Of a DNA stretch of 33,667 nucleotides, positions 32,575-33,667 are shown piece after piece. The notes below the pieces were generated by a model. The model ran no database searches and had not been told where the DNA came from. It saw only the letters and a list, made by a program, of their open reading frames with translations. The stretch spans positions 1 to 33,667 of the forward strand of contig NW_021832056.1 in NCBI RefSeq assembly GCF_006345805.1. The letters run 5' to 3'. Position 1 is the stretch's first letter. Every line of letters starts with the position of its first letter. The DNA is from Octopus sinensis (Eukaryota). Made by a program: the position numbers and the translations under genes.

Positions 32575-32863
32575 TGCACTCGTTAAACGCACAGACACAC
32601 AGCGCAGAGACACACACAACACAGACACATACACAAACACACAGACGCGCATATATGTGTGTGTGTGTGTCTGTGTGTCTGTGTTTGTGTTTACATAAAT
32701 ACACACATAAACCGACATCTCTTAAAAAAAATCCTAATGACCTTAAACAATCTTGTTCTCCTTCCACTCCTTTCGCTAATCTCTGTTTCAGTGCGTATAG
32801 ATCTATCCGTGTTTATAAGAGTTTTCAATCTGCATATCTCCATCTGCGAATATATATATATAT

Positions 32864-32903
<40 letters not shown>

Positions 32904-33220
32904 TATGTATGTATGTATGCATGTATATATCTATATATATATACATACGTACATGTGTGTGTGTGTGTATCTATCAATAATGTGTATGTATGTGTGGTAT
33001 GTGAGTGGGATAGAGAGTGTATGTATATACATATATACATATGAATAGGTATGTGCGTGTAGGGGTTGGTTTCTGTCCTTCTCCAACTATTTTCTGTTTC
33101 TCTGTGTGCATATGTAGTTTGTACATGTATGTCTGTAGATAATTCATGCACGTATGTGTGTGTGTGTTTGAGTGTCTATGTGTGTGTGGCTGTGTATCTG
33201 CGTGCATTTTTCGAGTGCAT

Positions 33221-33262
<42 letters not shown>
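32575..33262. repeat. Cluster of CA/TG/TA/TATG microsatellites
   Basis: Direct reading. Confidence 0.9.
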
Positions 33263-33263
<1 letters not shown>

Positions 33264-33555
33264 TACTTATATTTTTTCTACTTTTCTACTTGAAAATCTA
33301 ATTGCCTGTAGGACATAGACTTTTTAAATATACATCAATAATGTCTTTGTCACCCGTAATGCTTTCCCTGTATATTGTACAGATGTAATTCTTTTTTCCC
33401 AAATAAATTGCATTTCACATTCGATGCTCCGACGAAGCAACACGATGCTGTTCGGACACTCAACTAAGAGTCTTCTTTATCTTGTAGTAGAAACAGCCGT
33501 AAGCTGTATCGTCTCTTTTCCTTCATACAAACACACACACACACACATATTTATA

Positions 33556-33667
33556 TTCTTTTGATTGTTTCAGTCATTTGACAGCGGCCGTGCTGGAGTA
33601 CCACCTTTAGTCGAGCAAGTCCACCCCAAGACTTATTCTTTGTAAGCCTAGTACTTATTCTATCGGT
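33556..33667 (-). mobile_element. SINE C 3' tail running off the window end
   Basis: tgtttcagtcatttgacagcggccgtgctggagtaccacctttagtcgagc...gtacttattctatcggt. Confidence 0.88.

Overview
Eukaryotic, repeat-saturated non-coding DNA, probably a large intron or intergenic block. The SINE families and microsatellite load look like an octopus or other coleoid cephalopod genome (recognition from memory, not verified by search). There is no confidently identifiable host gene, rRNA, functional tRNA or CRISPR array, and almost all ORF-track entries are microsatellite or SINE translations. Content: four tRNA-headed SINE families (working labels A-D, about 35 copies), a 5'-truncated L1/Tx1-clade LINE inside a (GATA)n array, an internally deleted Tc1 element, pogo- and hAT-type MITEs, a Ty3/gypsy integrase relic, a probable CRE-clade relic, a 677-bp foldback element with a telomeric-repeat loop, and a ~3-kb tandem duplication with breakpoints in SINE-D arrays. 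The most interesting linked observations are three. (1) SINE-D shares its last ~55 nt with the Tx1/L1-like LINE at 1322-2542, making that LINE a candidate partner. (2) SINE-D occurs as head+(~184-bp body)n multimers, each bounded by a single TSD, sometimes mixing subfamilies, with one copy nested in the head of another. (3) A TIR element carries TTAGGG repeats between ~278-bp arms. One weak host-exon candidate lies at 32318-32514.
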